Source: a candidate division WOR-3 bacterium (GTDB lineage: Bacteria; Hydrothermota; 32-111). From it: DNA of 64,000 nt. Each line of letters opens with the position of its first letter. The stretch's first letter is position 1. Below the pieces are notes generated by a model that saw only the letters and a program-made list of their open reading frames with translations, had not been told where the DNA came from and made no database searches. Below are positions 49,388 to 60,985 of this stretch, piece after piece. The stretch lies in assembly GCA_037481815.1 (NCBI GenBank), contig JBBFKX010000001.1:640001-704000 (forward strand), read 5' to 3'. The position numbers were made by a program, and so were the translations under genes.

Positions 49388-50406
49388 TTTAACCTTAAAT
49401 TTCCATCGTTATCAATTTCAATCAAATTCTTTTTAAAATCTGATTCGGTCAAACTTTTCATCAGTTTTACAACCTCATAATCTTTATCGAATATAACTCC
49501 TTTAAACTTTTCCTGTTTAAAAGGATATATTTTACCTGAAACAAAATTTCCAAGTGTATCGAGTTCAACATATAAAATAGGTGCTAATCCATTTATCCCC
49601 GAAATGTTGATTCCAGAAAATGTCATAAAATTACCAAGAGAGTAAGCGATAAGTTTTCCTCTGTAAAGTTCAAGTGCCCTCACAACGTGTGGACCATGGC
49701 CTATCACAAGATCAGCACCAGCATCTATAACCGTATGTGCAAACCTGTATATGTTCCCTCTATATTCACCATACATATATTCTACTGTATCCTTTATGTG
49801 TAGAGCATTTTTCCCTTCCTGTCCACCATGAAAAGTAACTATGACTATATCGTACAATTTTGAAAGTGAATCGATTAGATTATAACTTTTCTTTAAATCT
49901 GTAAGATCGTTCATAAGAGAGTAGTTCGAAAAACCAACAACACAAATTTTTTTATTGTTTATATCAAAAAATCCAAAGTCGTTTAAAAAGCCAGTATACT
50001 GTATCAAGTTTTCAGAAAGAACCTTTTTTGTTCTTGAAACTGAGATATCACCAAAATCTCTTATATGATTGTTCGCTATATTCAAAACATTGAATCCAGC
50101 ATATTTTAATGTTTTAACATATTTTTCTGGTGTTCTGAAAGCATAACTTTTTCCCTCAACAACATTTTTTCTTAAACTTCCAGAATCAGATAGCGCGGAT
50201 TCAAGATTCCCGATCCTGATATCACCTTTTTTTATTATAGATTCAGCTTCCTGAAAAAGATAGAACCCATCACCTTCTGGAACAGAAGGCGATGGATAAA
50301 CTGTTCCAACCATTATGTCACCAACAGCAGTTATCTTTATCGTTTCACTCTTTAAAAGAGAAATGAAAAAAAACATGAAATATAAAATAATGTTAAATTT
50401 TTTCAA
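49384..50406 (-). CDS. CapA/PgsA family metallophosphatase, secreted
   Basis: VGDIM, GNLE, ANNHIRDFG, HGGQE, GHGPHV, YSLGNF. Confidence 0.9.
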   Translation of the reverse strand: MKKFNIILYFMFFFISLLKSETIKITAVGDIMVGTVYPSPSVPEGDGFYLFQEAESIIKKGDIRIGNLESALSDSGSLRKNVVEGKSYAFRTPEKYVKTLKYAGFNVLNIANNHIRDFGDISVSRTKKVLSENLIQYTGFLNDFGFFDINNKKICVVGFSNYSLMNDLTDLKKSYNLIDSLSKLYDIVIVTFHGGQEGKNALHIKDTVEYMYGEYRGNIYRFAHTVIDAGADLVIGHGPHVVRALELYRGKLIAYSLGNFMTFSGINISGINGLAPILYVELDTLGNFVSGKIYPFKQEKFKGVIFDKDYEVVKLMKSLTESDFKKNLIEIDNDGNLRLK

Positions 50407-50887
50407 ATCTAACTCCTTTTTGATCTATCAATGCATAAGTTTTTTCTTTTGAAAGAAAAAGTGAAAACGCTCCGGGATTCACAACAACCTTTCCGTTTTC
50501 AACTCTTGATTCAATTTTATGGGTATGACCATAAAAAATATATTTCGGATGCTCTTTTTGAATGTAATCCTCCAAAAAGAATGGTTCATGCATCAAAATT
50601 ATATATTCAAACGGTTCCAAAAAAATTTCAAAAGGAGATGTTGAGAATGATATCGATAGATCCCTTAAAATTTTTGATGTTACAAGATCCAATCTATCAT
50701 TGTTGCCCTTTACAAGATAAAACTCATCCGATAGTTCTCTTATGATCGAAAGGTTGTAAAAATCAACAACATCACCAAGATGAATCGTTGCTAAAAATCT
50801 TTCTTTTTCATATCTTTTTTTTAAAAATTTGAAGGATCCAGTATCGTTATGAGTATCAGATATCAAAAGAATTCTTTTATCTTCCAT
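50393..50887 (-). CDS. YfcE-family metallophosphoesterase
   Basis: ISDTH, HLGD, GNND, GHTH, NPG. Confidence 0.9.
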   Translation of the reverse strand: MEDKRILLISDTHNDTGSFKFLKKRYEKERFLATIHLGDVVDFYNLSIIRELSDEFYLVKGNNDRLDLVTSKILRDLSISFSTSPFEIFLEPFEYIILMHEPFFLEDYIQKEHPKYIFYGHTHKIESRVENGKVVVNPGAFSLFLSKEKTYALIDQKGVRFEKI

Positions 50888-51657
50888 AACACCAAAAACA
50901 ATCCGATCAAAAATGTGTAAATTGAAAAAAGATAAAACTTTTTGCTTCTCAACACTTTATAAAGCACAATCAGAGCCAAATAACCGGTCAAAAAAGAGAC
51001 AACAATTCCAGCAAAAATTTTCATATCAAAAAAGAATTTTACATCTATAAACTCTTTGATGAAAGAACCCAAAATTATAGGCATAGCCATAAAGAAAGAG
51101 AAATCCGATGCCTTTTCAGGTTCAACACCAAGAAAAAGTGCTGTTGAGATTGTTGTTCCAGATCTTGAAATCCCAGGCAAAAGCGCTATCGTTTGAAACA
51201 ACCCGATAACCATCGATTCAAAGATGTTCACACTCTTCATCCTGTTTTTTGAAAATTTTGTTGAAAAAAGGATAAGAGAGAGAATAAGATAAAAGATACC
51301 TATCAAAAAAAGATCTGTAAAAACTTTTTCAACAAAATCGTTCAACAATATTCCAACAATTGCTGCAGGGATTATTCCGATAAGGACAAGTGATGCAAAA
51401 TTTATATTCTCTTTTTTTTCCCTTTTATCCTTTAAATCAAAATATATACCTTTTAAAAGATCAACTATTTTTGCTCGAAAGAAAACCAGGAGTGAAAAGA
51501 ATGTTCCAAGATGTAAAGATGTTTCAAAAAAAAGATTTTTTGTTGTGAGTCCAAAGAAATTTTTCAGAATTGCTATGTGACCTGAAGAGGAAACAGGTAA
51601 AAATTCTGTGATCCCCTGAACCAACCCGAACAATGAATGGTAAAAAAGTTCTTTCAT
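50863..51657 (-). CDS. uppP: undecaprenyl-diphosphate phosphatase
   Basis: QGITEFLPVSSSGH, PGISRSGTT. Confidence 0.96.
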   Translation of the reverse strand: MKELFYHSLFGLVQGITEFLPVSSSGHIAILKNFFGLTTKNLFFETSLHLGTFFSLLVFFRAKIVDLLKGIYFDLKDKREKKENINFASLVLIGIIPAAIVGILLNDFVEKVFTDLFLIGIFYLILSLILFSTKFSKNRMKSVNIFESMVIGLFQTIALLPGISRSGTTISTALFLGVEPEKASDFSFFMAMPIILGSFIKEFIDVKFFFDMKIFAGIVVSFLTGYLALIVLYKVLRSKKFYLFSIYTFLIGLFLVLWKIKEFF

Positions 51658-52499
51658 TTTCCTCCAAGAAATATCGCAAAAAGTCCAATAAGCATATCAT
51701 ATTTTATCAAAGAGTTTACAACTCTTTTCGTCTTTAAATCGTTGAATATATAAAAGATCAAAAGCAAAACTATTAAAATCAGATCTACACCAAAGAACGC
51801 AACAAGCATATACAATTTGTTGTATATCCCTAAAAGATAAGGGATGAAAGTTAAGATGATAAGTATGATGAAAACAACTATAGCAACAAAAAGGGAGTTC
51901 TCTTCACCCAAAACTATCGGTAATGTTCTCCTTCCAATATACTTATCACCGTTGACATCCTCAATATCCTTCAAAATTTCTCTACCGAGTGTCATAAAGA
52001 ATGCAAATAGAGCAGGGAATACACCTTTTGATATATCACCGGCGATTTCAGAGCCAAAAATGAAAAGGAGTCCTGAAAGAAGTGAGATTATAAAGTTTCC
52101 CAAAAAAGGGATCCTTTTCAATTTATAAGAATAAAAGTAAAGTAATACAGTTGAGAAAAAAACTACCAGAAACAATCGGAATGATAGAAAAAAAGATATA
52201 AAAAATGATAAAATCGAAAACAAAAAATAAATGAAGTAAATAAACTTTATGTTGAACTTTGATTTAACAAGTGGCCTTTGTGGCTTGTTGATTCTGTCAG
52301 TTTCAAGGTCGAATATATCGTTTATTATGTTACCAGCGAACATTACAAAAAATACAGAAAATATGCCTAAATATAATCGAAAATCTTTTAGATTGAATTT
52401 TACAAGCAAATATGAAACAAAAACACCAAACCCACCTATCAAAGCGTTGTTGATTCTTAAAAGTTTGATTAAATCAAAAAATTTATTGCTTTTTACCAT
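51654..52499 (-). CDS. UbiA-family prenyltransferase, DGGGP synthase-like
   Basis: NDIFDLETDRINKPQRP, YSYKLK..GN, REILKDIEDVNGD, RTLP. Confidence 0.85.
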   Translation of the reverse strand: MVKSNKFFDLIKLLRINNALIGGFGVFVSYLLVKFNLKDFRLYLGIFSVFFVMFAGNIINDIFDLETDRINKPQRPLVKSKFNIKFIYFIYFLFSILSFFISFFLSFRLFLVVFFSTVLLYFYSYKLKRIPFLGNFIISLLSGLLFIFGSEIAGDISKGVFPALFAFFMTLGREILKDIEDVNGDKYIGRRTLPIVLGEENSLFVAIVVFIILIILTFIPYLLGIYNKLYMLVAFFGVDLILIVLLLIFYIFNDLKTKRVVNSLIKYDMLIGLFAIFLGGK

Positions 52500-53388
52500 C
52501 TTCCTTAAAAAGTTCTTTTAAACTTCCCAGCGACGAGAGGATGCCTGTTGCTTCGTATGGAATGAAGATCTTTGAACCGTTTCCATTTGCAATCTTTTCA
52601 AGTGCTTCAAGATATTTTAAAGTAATAACATCATTCGTTGCCTTACCATCATGTATTGCCTGAAAAACTGACTTTATCGCCTGTGCCTGACCTAATGCAA
52701 CCAAAATCTGCGCCTGTTGTTCACCTTCAGCAACTTTGATTTTACTCTCTCTTTCTCCTTCAGCGATCAAAATTTTTGATTGTTTTTCACCCTCAGCAAG
52801 AAGTATTGTGGCTCTTTTCTCTCTTTCTGCCTTCATCTGCTTTGTCATCGCTTCCTGTATCTCATCCGGTGGGTTTATGTTCTTAAGTTCAACTCTGTTA
52901 ACCTTCACTCCCCACTTGTTCGTTGCATCATCAAGAATCACCTGTAGTTCGCTGTTAATCTTTGCTCTTGAAACGAGTGTCTCATCAAGTGTCAGATCTC
53001 CTATGACATTTCTTAAAGTTGTTATTGTTAACTTCTCTATAGCATAAACGATGTTGGTTATCTCATACATCGCTTTGTATGGTTCAGTTATCTGATAATA
53101 GATAACAGTATCTATCTGCATCGTTACATTGTCTTTTGTTATAACAGGTTGCGGGGGAAAATCGAGAACCTGTTCCCTTAAATCGATTCTCACAAGATAT
53201 CTTGGCCCAAACGCTATCGGCCTAATCGTATCTATAATAGGTATTATCACATGGATTCCACTTTTCAGTGTTGCTCTGTATTTACCAAACCTCTCTATTA
53301 TCACAACCTCTGCCTGTCGCACAATTATAACAGCTTTTGATAAAAAGATTATAACAGCAAAAATGATAAAAAACCATAAAAGTATCAT
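52483..53388 (-). CDS. SPFH/stomatin-like protein (QmcA type)
   Basis: IDLRE, VITKDNV, WGVKVNRVE, QMKAEREKRA, AEG repeats. Confidence 0.93.
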   Translation of the reverse strand: MILLWFFIIFAVIIFLSKAVIIVRQAEVVIIERFGKYRATLKSGIHVIIPIIDTIRPIAFGPRYLVRIDLREQVLDFPPQPVITKDNVTMQIDTVIYYQITEPYKAMYEITNIVYAIEKLTITTLRNVIGDLTLDETLVSRAKINSELQVILDDATNKWGVKVNRVELKNINPPDEIQEAMTKQMKAEREKRATILLAEGEKQSKILIAEGERESKIKVAEGEQQAQILVALGQAQAIKSVFQAIHDGKATNDVITLKYLEALEKIANGNGSKIFIPYEATGILSSLGSLKELFKEDGKKQ

Positions 53389-54818
53389 ACTCTCTCCTTT
53401 TTAGATTTAAAAACCAGATTCCCTTCTTTGTAAGTTTCAACTATTTTTACATCATCTTCATCAATTCTTTTATCTGTAACTATAAAATCAGCCTTAAAAC
53501 CTTTTGAAAGTTTTCCAAATTTTTTTTCTTCTTGAACTATCTTTGCACTCCCCTCAGTATAACACTTGAATCCATTTATAAAATCAATCCTTTGCTCTTC
53601 AAAAAGAGCTTTCTTCAAAGAATTTAAACCATAAAGTGGTGAAGGAGGCATACAGTCAGACCCAAAACCTAATGGTATTTTCTTGTTGAAAATGTATCCA
53701 AACACATTGTTAAATTCAAAATAATTCTTACTCAACCTCTCCTCATACATCTGCCCTTTTAAACCCCAGTTTCCAATAAAATTCGGTTGCATCGAAAGGA
53801 ATATCCCTTTTTCTCTGACCTGTTCTATCTGTTCTTTTGAAGAGATTTCAAAATGTTCGATTCTGTGCCCTTCTGGATTTGAAAGATTTTTGAGAACAAA
53901 ATCTGTTGCCCTGTCTCCAATCGAATGTATTGCGAGTTGATAACCTTTTTCTTTTGCAAGCGAAACTATTTTTTTAAAGTTTTTTTCACTTATAAAAATT
54001 TTTCCTTTCTGTCCGTTTTTATATTTTTTATAAACAGCAGCAGTGAAAGCACCTATGGATCCATCAGTAAAAATTTTCAGACCTTTCAATTTTATTCTAT
54101 CTCTATCTTTCCACTTTGAGAGTTTTTTTTCATACTCCCATGGAAAATAAAAAAATATATCAAGGACACTATCTGTTTCACTGTAAACATCAAGTGAATC
54201 AAAAGTAGCCATATCTGAAACGGATGTGATACCAAGAGATAAAAATTTTTCCTGTGCAACCCTGAACGCTTTAAAAAGTTCTTTTTTCTCAGGTTTGAAA
54301 ATCGTATTCAATTTTAAAACTATACCTTCTTTCAGAACACCGTCATCATTACAATCCTGAAAATTTCCTGAATTTTTCAAAAATTTTATCGACTCACTGT
54401 TAAAAACAGCGATATGTCCACAAACTCTTCTTGCGATAACCGGAACATCTCTAAAATGTTGATCAAGAATTTTCTTGTTCAGTGTTTCTTTTTTTAAAAA
54501 CTTTGTTTCATCATAACCTTCGGCTATAACAAATTTTGATTCATTGTTATCTTTTAGGTATTTTTTGATCCTTTCCACGATTTCATCAACACTTTTAACA
54601 CCGGTGAGATTACACCTTAAAAGGTTGAGTCCATACCAGATAATATGTGTGTGTGAATCAAAAAAGGAAGGATAGATATATCTGTTCTTTAAAACTATGT
54701 GCTTATCAAAAACTTTACATTTTTCATTAGCTAAAGAAACAACTTTTCCATTTTCAACTATAAGAAAATTTTTAAAACCTTTTCCATCAAAAATGTTCGA
54801 TTCGAATAGGATCTTCAT
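53385..54818 (-). CDS. YtcJ-like amidohydrolase
   Basis: [32 protein letters not shown]. Confidence 0.9.
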   Translation of the reverse strand: MKILFESNIFDGKGFKNFLIVENGKVVSLANEKCKVFDKHIVLKNRYIYPSFFDSHTHIIWYGLNLLRCNLTGVKSVDEIVERIKKYLKDNNESKFVIAEGYDETKFLKKETLNKKILDQHFRDVPVIARRVCGHIAVFNSESIKFLKNSGNFQDCNDDGVLKEGIVLKLNTIFKPEKKELFKAFRVAQEKFLSLGITSVSDMATFDSLDVYSETDSVLDIFFYFPWEYEKKLSKWKDRDRIKLKGLKIFTDGSIGAFTAAVYKKYKNGQKGKIFISEKNFKKIVSLAKEKGYQLAIHSIGDRATDFVLKNLSNPEGHRIEHFEISSKEQIEQVREKGIFLSMQPNFIGNWGLKGQMYEERLSKNYFEFNNVFGYIFNKKIPLGFGSDCMPPSPLYGLNSLKKALFEEQRIDFINGFKCYTEGSAKIVQEEKKFGKLSKGFKADFIVTDKRIDEDDVKIVETYKEGNLVFKSKKERV

Positions 54819-56548
54819 GATTCTATATCCAGAAACGGTCTTAACATATCAGCTCTATTTTTATGAGCGAGTTTCTCAAGTGCTTTTGCCTCTATCTGCC
54901 TGACTCTTTCCCTTGTGACATCGAGTATCTCGCCGACCTCTTCGAGTGTTCTCTGGTAACCATCCTGCAAACCGAACCTCAACTTTAGAACCGTCTGCTG
55001 TCTTGGAGAAAGATCTGAAAGCACAAGATCAAGTTTTTCTCTCAACATCGAAAGCATCGCATGATGTTGTGGTGATTTCTGATCAACATCTTCGATAACA
55101 TCACTGAACTTTGATTCATCACTATCTCCTATAGGTTTGTCAAGTGATATTGTTTCCTGTGCTATCTTATATACACTCTTTATCTTCTCAAGTGGCATAT
55201 CAAGTTTTTCAGCGATCTCCTCCTCCGATGGTTCTCTTCCAAGTTCCTGCATCAGATTTCTTGTAACCTTAACAACCTTATGCATAACCTCGATCATATG
55301 GACTGGAACCCTTATAGTTCTTGCCTGATCTGCGATCGCTCTTGTGATCGATTGTCTGATCCACCATGTAGCGTATGTGCTGAATTTGTATCCTTTCTGA
55401 TAATCAAATTTTTCCACCGCCTTCATCAAACCAACATTTCCTTCCTGTATAAGATCCATAAATTCAAGTCCTCTGTTGGTGTATCTTTTCGCTATCGAAA
55501 TCACAAGTCGAACATTCGATTCCATCATCCTTTCTTTCGCTCTGTTGAGTTTTCTTTCATACTCGTTAAGATTTTTTACTATTTTGCAGAACTCATCACA
55601 ATCGCATTTCAAATTCTGTTCATAATCTTTTATTTTATTGTGAATCCTCTCAATCTCAAATGAAGCATTTTTGAAATCTTCCCTTTTAATATTCTTTCTT
55701 TTATATTTCAATGGAACAGTTCCCTGTGCTTTCGCATTCTTTAAAATATCATCTATAGAAGCATCAAACCTCTTTTCGATCATTCTCAACTTTTCCTTTT
55801 CAAACTCTATCTCTTTCGATAGTTCCCTGTACTCTTTTATATACTGGTTCAAAAGCAGAGGATTCAACTGTAGTTCCTCAATATAACTTATAAGATTTTT
55901 AAAAACTTTTTCAACTTTCTGGTCAGTAGCAATTTTTTCTTCCTTTCTCATCTTGGCATAACCTTTTTTCAACTCTTTTATCTTTTTTAAACTCTCTTTA
56001 ACTTTCGCATATATGTTTTTTAACCTTTGAATCTTTTTCTTCTGTGAAAGTTCTGATGAGATTTTTGGATCCTCTATGTGAAAGTATTGATCGATAGATT
56101 CACCTTCAACAACAACTTTGTTGAAGAATTCATCAAGGTAGGAAAATGTTTTTTCAACTGAAAAAAGGTTTGTCAATATTCCCCTTCTTCCTTCCTCAAT
56201 CATTTTTGAAATTTCTATCTCTTCTTCCTTCGTTAGAAGATCTATCGATTTCATCTCGTTAAGATACATTTTTATCGGATCATCGTTTCTGACCTCTTCT
56301 ACTTCCCTTTTTTCATCTTCACCTCTGATATAAGATTCTCCGATAGTTTTCTCGGTTTCATCCTCAACAAGAACTATTCCAAGACCTTGCATCCTCTTTA
56401 TCAGTGTCTCTATAAGATCAACTCTAAAATCATCAGGCAGAATCTCGTTCAACTTCTGATAGGAAAGTTCCCCTCCATTGGAACTTTCTTTTACTATCAT
56501 TTCAATAATCTCATCAAGAGGATCGTAGTTCTTGCTATTTTTTACCAT
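54815..56548 (-). CDS. rpoD: RNA polymerase primary sigma factor
   Basis: [42 protein letters not shown]; region 1.1 and non-conserved insert present. Confidence 0.97.
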   Translation of the reverse strand: MVKNSKNYDPLDEIIEMIVKESSNGGELSYQKLNEILPDDFRVDLIETLIKRMQGLGIVLVEDETEKTIGESYIRGEDEKREVEEVRNDDPIKMYLNEMKSIDLLTKEEEIEISKMIEEGRRGILTNLFSVEKTFSYLDEFFNKVVVEGESIDQYFHIEDPKISSELSQKKKIQRLKNIYAKVKESLKKIKELKKGYAKMRKEEKIATDQKVEKVFKNLISYIEELQLNPLLLNQYIKEYRELSKEIEFEKEKLRMIEKRFDASIDDILKNAKAQGTVPLKYKRKNIKREDFKNASFEIERIHNKIKDYEQNLKCDCDEFCKIVKNLNEYERKLNRAKERMMESNVRLVISIAKRYTNRGLEFMDLIQEGNVGLMKAVEKFDYQKGYKFSTYATWWIRQSITRAIADQARTIRVPVHMIEVMHKVVKVTRNLMQELGREPSEEEIAEKLDMPLEKIKSVYKIAQETISLDKPIGDSDESKFSDVIEDVDQKSPQHHAMLSMLREKLDLVLSDLSPRQQTVLKLRFGLQDGYQRTLEEVGEILDVTRERVRQIEAKALEKLAHKNRADMLRPFLDIES

Positions 56549-58252
56549 TTACTTTCCCCCTTTAAGTTTTTTCTGTATAAGGATCTTTATTTCAAGTAAT
56601 CTATCCCTTTCCTCTTCATCTGTACAGTTTTTTATTTGAGTTTCCAGTTCTTTTATCTTTCTTTCAAGTTTTTTCCTCTTTAATATTGAAAGAACGTCTT
56701 TTATCTTCTTTTCATCTGGAAGATTGTTTGAGTAGTAATCCATTCTTTCAATAATTTTATTTTTAAGATTATTAATTTTATCATTCTTTAACAAAAAATC
56801 AACATTGTTTTCCCACTTTTCCTCTATAGAATTGCATACAGAAACAAAAACACCTTTGAGATTCAGGTCAAGAAAATCCTCCTCTTCGATTTCAGAGCAA
56901 AAAGTTTTACACAAATTTTTATCCACAAGCATCATAGATACGATATCAACATAAACATTTATAAGACCAGCATCATTTTTTTCATCCTTTGTTTTTTTGT
57001 ACTCTTTAACTTCTTCAAGATTCACTTCAAAACCCAACTCTTTTTTTACCATATCCCTGTATAAAAATTTCAGAGATTTATCCTGAATTCCATTTATTGA
57101 AGATGAAAGAAACGTTAGAAGATGTTTTCTGGAAAGCATCCTATCCTTTTCCCTTTTCAAAAAATAATCTGATGAAAATTTTATGATATCAACAAAATCT
57201 TTACGCAAAAATTCATGTGTTAACTTTTGAGTGTTTTTTACCAGTTCGTCTGGATCCTTAAAATTTTCGTTTTTATAAACCTCAACTATCAGACCTTCCT
57301 TTAAAAGTATTGGTATCGATCTCATCGTCGCATTCTGCCCTGCATCGTCTGAATCGTACATTAAAACAACCTTTTCACAGAACTTTTTTAAAATCTTTGC
57401 CTGATTTTCAGTACAGGCAGTTCCAAGTTGAGCAACAATGTTTTTTATACCACTTTTGTAAAGAGAGATAAAGTCCATATAACCTTCAACAAGGATAGCA
57501 TAATTTTCCTCAGATATAAATTTTCTGCTCAAATTCAAACCATAAAGAAAATCCCCCTTTTTATAAACCGGTGTTTGTTGCGTGTTAACATATTTTGGAA
57601 GTTCATCTCCAAGCACTCTTCCACCAAACCCGAGAATATTTCCGGTTATGGAAAAAATTGGAAACATTATTCTGTTGTAAAAAACCTCTCGATATTTCCC
57701 TTCATCATTTTTTACGACCAATCCTGCTTTGATAAAATCTTCTAAATTCAATCTGTTTTCTTTTATGTTTTTCAAAAGTGTTCTCTCGCCATCAGCATAT
57801 CCAAGCATAAACAAAGAAATCTCTTCTTCATTCAAACCTCTTTGTTCAAGATAGGAAAGTACATTTTTGTTTTTTTTTAAACTTTTATGATAGACATCAC
57901 ATGCGAATCTGTTAACTTCAAAGATGATCGATGCGATGCCCCTTTCCTGAGTTTTCAGATAATTTTTAATATCGATTCCACTTTTTCTTGCAAGTATTTC
58001 AACAGCATCCTTAAAATCAACATTTTCGATAAACTGGATAAAGGTTATAACATCACCTCCCTTACCACAACCAAAACAATGGAAAAAACCTCGCTGTGGA
58101 TGAACGAAAAAGGAAGGCGTTTTTTCTGAATGGAAAGGACATAAACCCTTGAGTGAACTTCCACTCTTTTTCAACTTAACATATTCTGAAACAACAGAAT
58201 CTATAGGATTTAACTCTTTTATCTTAAAAATTAGATCTTCATAGTTGAGCAT
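56549..58252 (-). CDS. dnaG: DNA primase
   Basis: CPFHSEKTPSF, CFGC, FGGR, EGYMD, YDSDDAG, KDPDE. Confidence 0.97.
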   Translation of the reverse strand: MLNYEDLIFKIKELNPIDSVVSEYVKLKKSGSSLKGLCPFHSEKTPSFFVHPQRGFFHCFGCGKGGDVITFIQFIENVDFKDAVEILARKSGIDIKNYLKTQERGIASIIFEVNRFACDVYHKSLKKNKNVLSYLEQRGLNEEEISLFMLGYADGERTLLKNIKENRLNLEDFIKAGLVVKNDEGKYREVFYNRIMFPIFSITGNILGFGGRVLGDELPKYVNTQQTPVYKKGDFLYGLNLSRKFISEENYAILVEGYMDFISLYKSGIKNIVAQLGTACTENQAKILKKFCEKVVLMYDSDDAGQNATMRSIPILLKEGLIVEVYKNENFKDPDELVKNTQKLTHEFLRKDFVDIIKFSSDYFLKREKDRMLSRKHLLTFLSSSINGIQDKSLKFLYRDMVKKELGFEVNLEEVKEYKKTKDEKNDAGLINVYVDIVSMMLVDKNLCKTFCSEIEEEDFLDLNLKGVFVSVCNSIEEKWENNVDFLLKNDKINNLKNKIIERMDYYSNNLPDEKKIKDVLSILKRKKLERKIKELETQIKNCTDEEERDRLLEIKILIQKKLKGGK

Positions 58253-58258
58253 AAATTT

Positions 58259-58323
58259 AATATAATCTTATTTTATTAAAAATCAATATTATAATTGACT
58301 ATTTGGGATCATACCAATATAAT
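58259..58323. promoter_or_regulatory. back-to-back divergent sigma70 promoters (dnaG / diguanylate cyclase)
   Basis: Minus: TTGATT-16-TATATT (58286-58259). Plus: TTGACT-17-TATAAT (58295-58323). Confidence 0.7.
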
Positions 58324-58331
58324 AGTTTTTT

Positions 58332-60335
58332 ATGAGAGATCTCAACCTTATTCTTTCGATCCTGTTACTATTTATAATTTCTGGAATTATGAATTTAACC
58401 GTTTCCTTTGAAATAATTAATTTTGTACAAATATTTCTTAGTTTATTTTTTACACTCTTTCTTCTATTTTATTTCATTAGATTTTTTTTCTACCCCAACC
58501 ATCTCTTCTTTCTTTTACCTTTAACTTTTCTTGTACCATTTTTGAACAAAGATCTTGGGTGGTTTTTGTATTTTATCCTTGTTTCCCTTTCAACATTACT
58601 TGCGATTTTAGATTATGAAAGGAAAAAGGTTTATTTCTATTTCTTTCTCTTCACATCTTTTTTATGGATAAGAACCTCTTTTCACAACAACGACAAGATT
58701 CTATATTCAAGCGTTATAACGATAACAACTTTTTTAACTCTGCTTCTTGGTGATAAAGAAAAATCCAAAAAAAGAAATCTTGAAGAAAAGTATGAAAACC
58801 TTTCATCAAAAAACAAAATCATAGAGGTCTCTCCGTTTATGCTTGAAAAAGAACAGGTTTTAAGCGATGATCTTGAAAAAAATAAGATGATTTTAAATAC
58901 CATAGATGATGCTATAGTTTCACTCCTTTCAACTTTGAAAATCCTTCTGAACAACAAAAGTGTGGTTTTTTTCCTGTTGAATAAAAAAAATGGTTATCTT
59001 TTCATTGAACAGGGACTCTCGAATGAAGATATAAATCTTAAAAAAACCGTTTCCAACAAGGAGAATTTTCTTTATTCTGTTGTCAACGATCTAAAAAATA
59101 TAAAGGATAATTTTTTCACAGGGGATATTTCAAAGTTATCACTTTACAAGCAAGACACGATCGTTCGATCGATTATTTCTTTACCTGTTATCAAATCTGG
59201 AGAATGTGTTGGGGTTTTATATGTTGATGATACAGAAGAGGAAAAATTTACAGATAAGGATGTGCAGACGATTAAACTCTTTTCTGATCAGATTGGAATG
59301 ATATTAAACTTTGCAGAATACGCTCAACAGGCAAAAACTGAAGCAACAGTTATCTCCATTTTAAACGAGATAACACATAAACTTTCAAAAACACTCGATT
59401 TTGAAGAGATAATCAAAATAATAACAGGTTCTTTAAAGATCATAATAGATTTTTCAAACTATTTTCTTGTTTCCTTTGAGAAATCGAATCTTAAGATTTT
59501 GATTACCGATTCGAACATAAAAAGATATCCTGAAACGATCTCAGAGAACAGTTTTTTACACCTTGCATTCAAACAGGATAACGTTTTCTATAAAACCAAA
59601 CTTCTTGATAGAGATATTCCGATTTATCTTTTTCATAAAGGCGATAATATAGGACTTTTTGACTCAGCGATATCAATACCAGTTTTTCTTGATGACGAGA
59701 AAAGAATATTTTTGATTTTGATATCTGGTGAAAATCTTTCGATAGATTCGGGGAAAAATTTTCTTTTAAATTTTATCTCCGATATCGCAATAACAGCTTC
59801 AGAAAAATCTTTTTTATACCAGAAGACAAAAGATCTTGCGATCAAAGATGGGTTAACCGGAATCTATAACCATAGGTTCTTTCAGGATGAACTCACAAAA
59901 ATTCTTTTGAATTCACAGCGTTCTGATAAAAAGGTCTCTCTTGGACTTTTAGATATAGATTATTTCAAGAAGTTCAACGATACTTATGGCCACCAGATAG
60001 GTGATCTTGTTTTAAAACATATTGCCACCATCTTACAGGAATCTTTGAGAAAAACTGATCTTGTTGCAAGATACGGAGGTGAAGAGTTCGTTATAGTTTT
60101 GACCAACATAAAGGATGACTCTTTTGAAAATGTTTTTGAAAATATCAGAAAAAAGATTGAGGATACTAAAATCAGAATTTCATCAAACAAAGAATTGAGC
60201 GTTACTGTTAGTATCGGTTTTTCTCTATTTCCAGATGACACAAAAGATAAAAACCTTTTGATTAACTTTGCGGATTCTGCTCTGTATAAAGCAAAAGAAC
60301 TTGGAAGAAATAGGGTCGTCAGATATCAAAAATAA
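58332..60335 (+). CDS. membrane-bound GAF-GAF-GGDEF diguanylate cyclase
   Basis: Several N-terminal TMs; GAF (ISLPVI..GVLYVD); DGLTGIYN, DIDYFKKFND, RKTD I-site, RYGGEEF. Confidence 0.93.
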   Translation: MRDLNLILSILLLFIISGIMNLTVSFEIINFVQIFLSLFFTLFLLFYFIRFFFYPNHLFFLLPLTFLVPFLNKDLGWFLYFILVSLSTLLAILDYERKKVYFYFFLFTSFLWIRTSFHNNDKILYSSVITITTFLTLLLGDKEKSKKRNLEEKYENLSSKNKIIEVSPFMLEKEQVLSDDLEKNKMILNTIDDAIVSLLSTLKILLNNKSVVFFLLNKKNGYLFIEQGLSNEDINLKKTVSNKENFLYSVVNDLKNIKDNFFTGDISKLSLYKQDTIVRSIISLPVIKSGECVGVLYVDDTEEEKFTDKDVQTIKLFSDQIGMILNFAEYAQQAKTEATVISILNEITHKLSKTLDFEEIIKIITGSLKIIIDFSNYFLVSFEKSNLKILITDSNIKRYPETISENSFLHLAFKQDNVFYKTKLLDRDIPIYLFHKGDNIGLFDSAISIPVFLDDEKRIFLILISGENLSIDSGKNFLLNFISDIAITASEKSFLYQKTKDLAIKDGLTGIYNHRFFQDELTKILLNSQRSDKKVSLGLLDIDYFKKFNDTYGHQIGDLVLKHIATILQESLRKTDLVARYGGEEFVIVLTNIKDDSFENVFENIRKKIEDTKIRISSNKELSVTVSIGFSLFPDDTKDKNLLINFADSALYKAKELGRNRVVRYQK

Positions 60336-60985
60336 TCTTTGATTTTAAGGTATAGAAGGTAGGTGGAAAAAACATCCATGGAACAATATTTTGCGATTTC
60401 AAGAAATTTTTCCTCTCTATAAAATTTTTCAACATCTTTTCCTGACATATTGATTTTTGGAGAAGGTATATCAAAAATTTTGCAGTATATATCAAGGGAA
60501 TTCCCTTTCAAAAGACCACTCAAAGTTAAAACATCGTAGACATCATAGTGCTCCTCTTTTTTAAACCTGGGGGTGTTGATATTCCTTGAAGGTTTTACAC
60601 CATTGATTATCGCTCTGAAAGTTATAAAAGGACAATCGAACCTTAACCCGTTGAAAGTGATAAACCTTGAACATCTTTTAATCCTATCGTAAAAATTTTC
60701 CAGAATTTCCTTTTCGTTTGCTATTGTGAACATTCTTTTGTAACCGTTATAATCATCGATATAACTGTTATCAAAAAGAGTATTCTGTGATGACTGGTAA
60801 AATGTTTCAATGATGTTTTTATCAACATCAAGAATCGAAAGAGCAACAATTTTTCCAGATGAAGGATATAAACCTTTTTTTTCTTTGAAATCTTTATCCT
60901 TATCTAAAAAGTATTCTAAAACTTTTTCATCGATCTTGTCATCATCTATTCCAAAAGTTTCTATATCAAAACATATCTCACCCAT
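60326..60985 (-). CDS. predicted DEDD 3'-5' exonuclease (PolB exonuclease-like, stand-alone)
   Basis: FDIET, TFNGLRFD, YCSMDV. Confidence 0.85.
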   Translation of the reverse strand: MGEICFDIETFGIDDDKIDEKVLEYFLDKDKDFKEKKGLYPSSGKIVALSILDVDKNIIETFYQSSQNTLFDNSYIDDYNGYKRMFTIANEKEILENFYDRIKRCSRFITFNGLRFDCPFITFRAIINGVKPSRNINTPRFKKEEHYDVYDVLTLSGLLKGNSLDIYCKIFDIPSPKINMSGKDVEKFYREEKFLEIAKYCSMDVFSTYLLYLKIKDYF

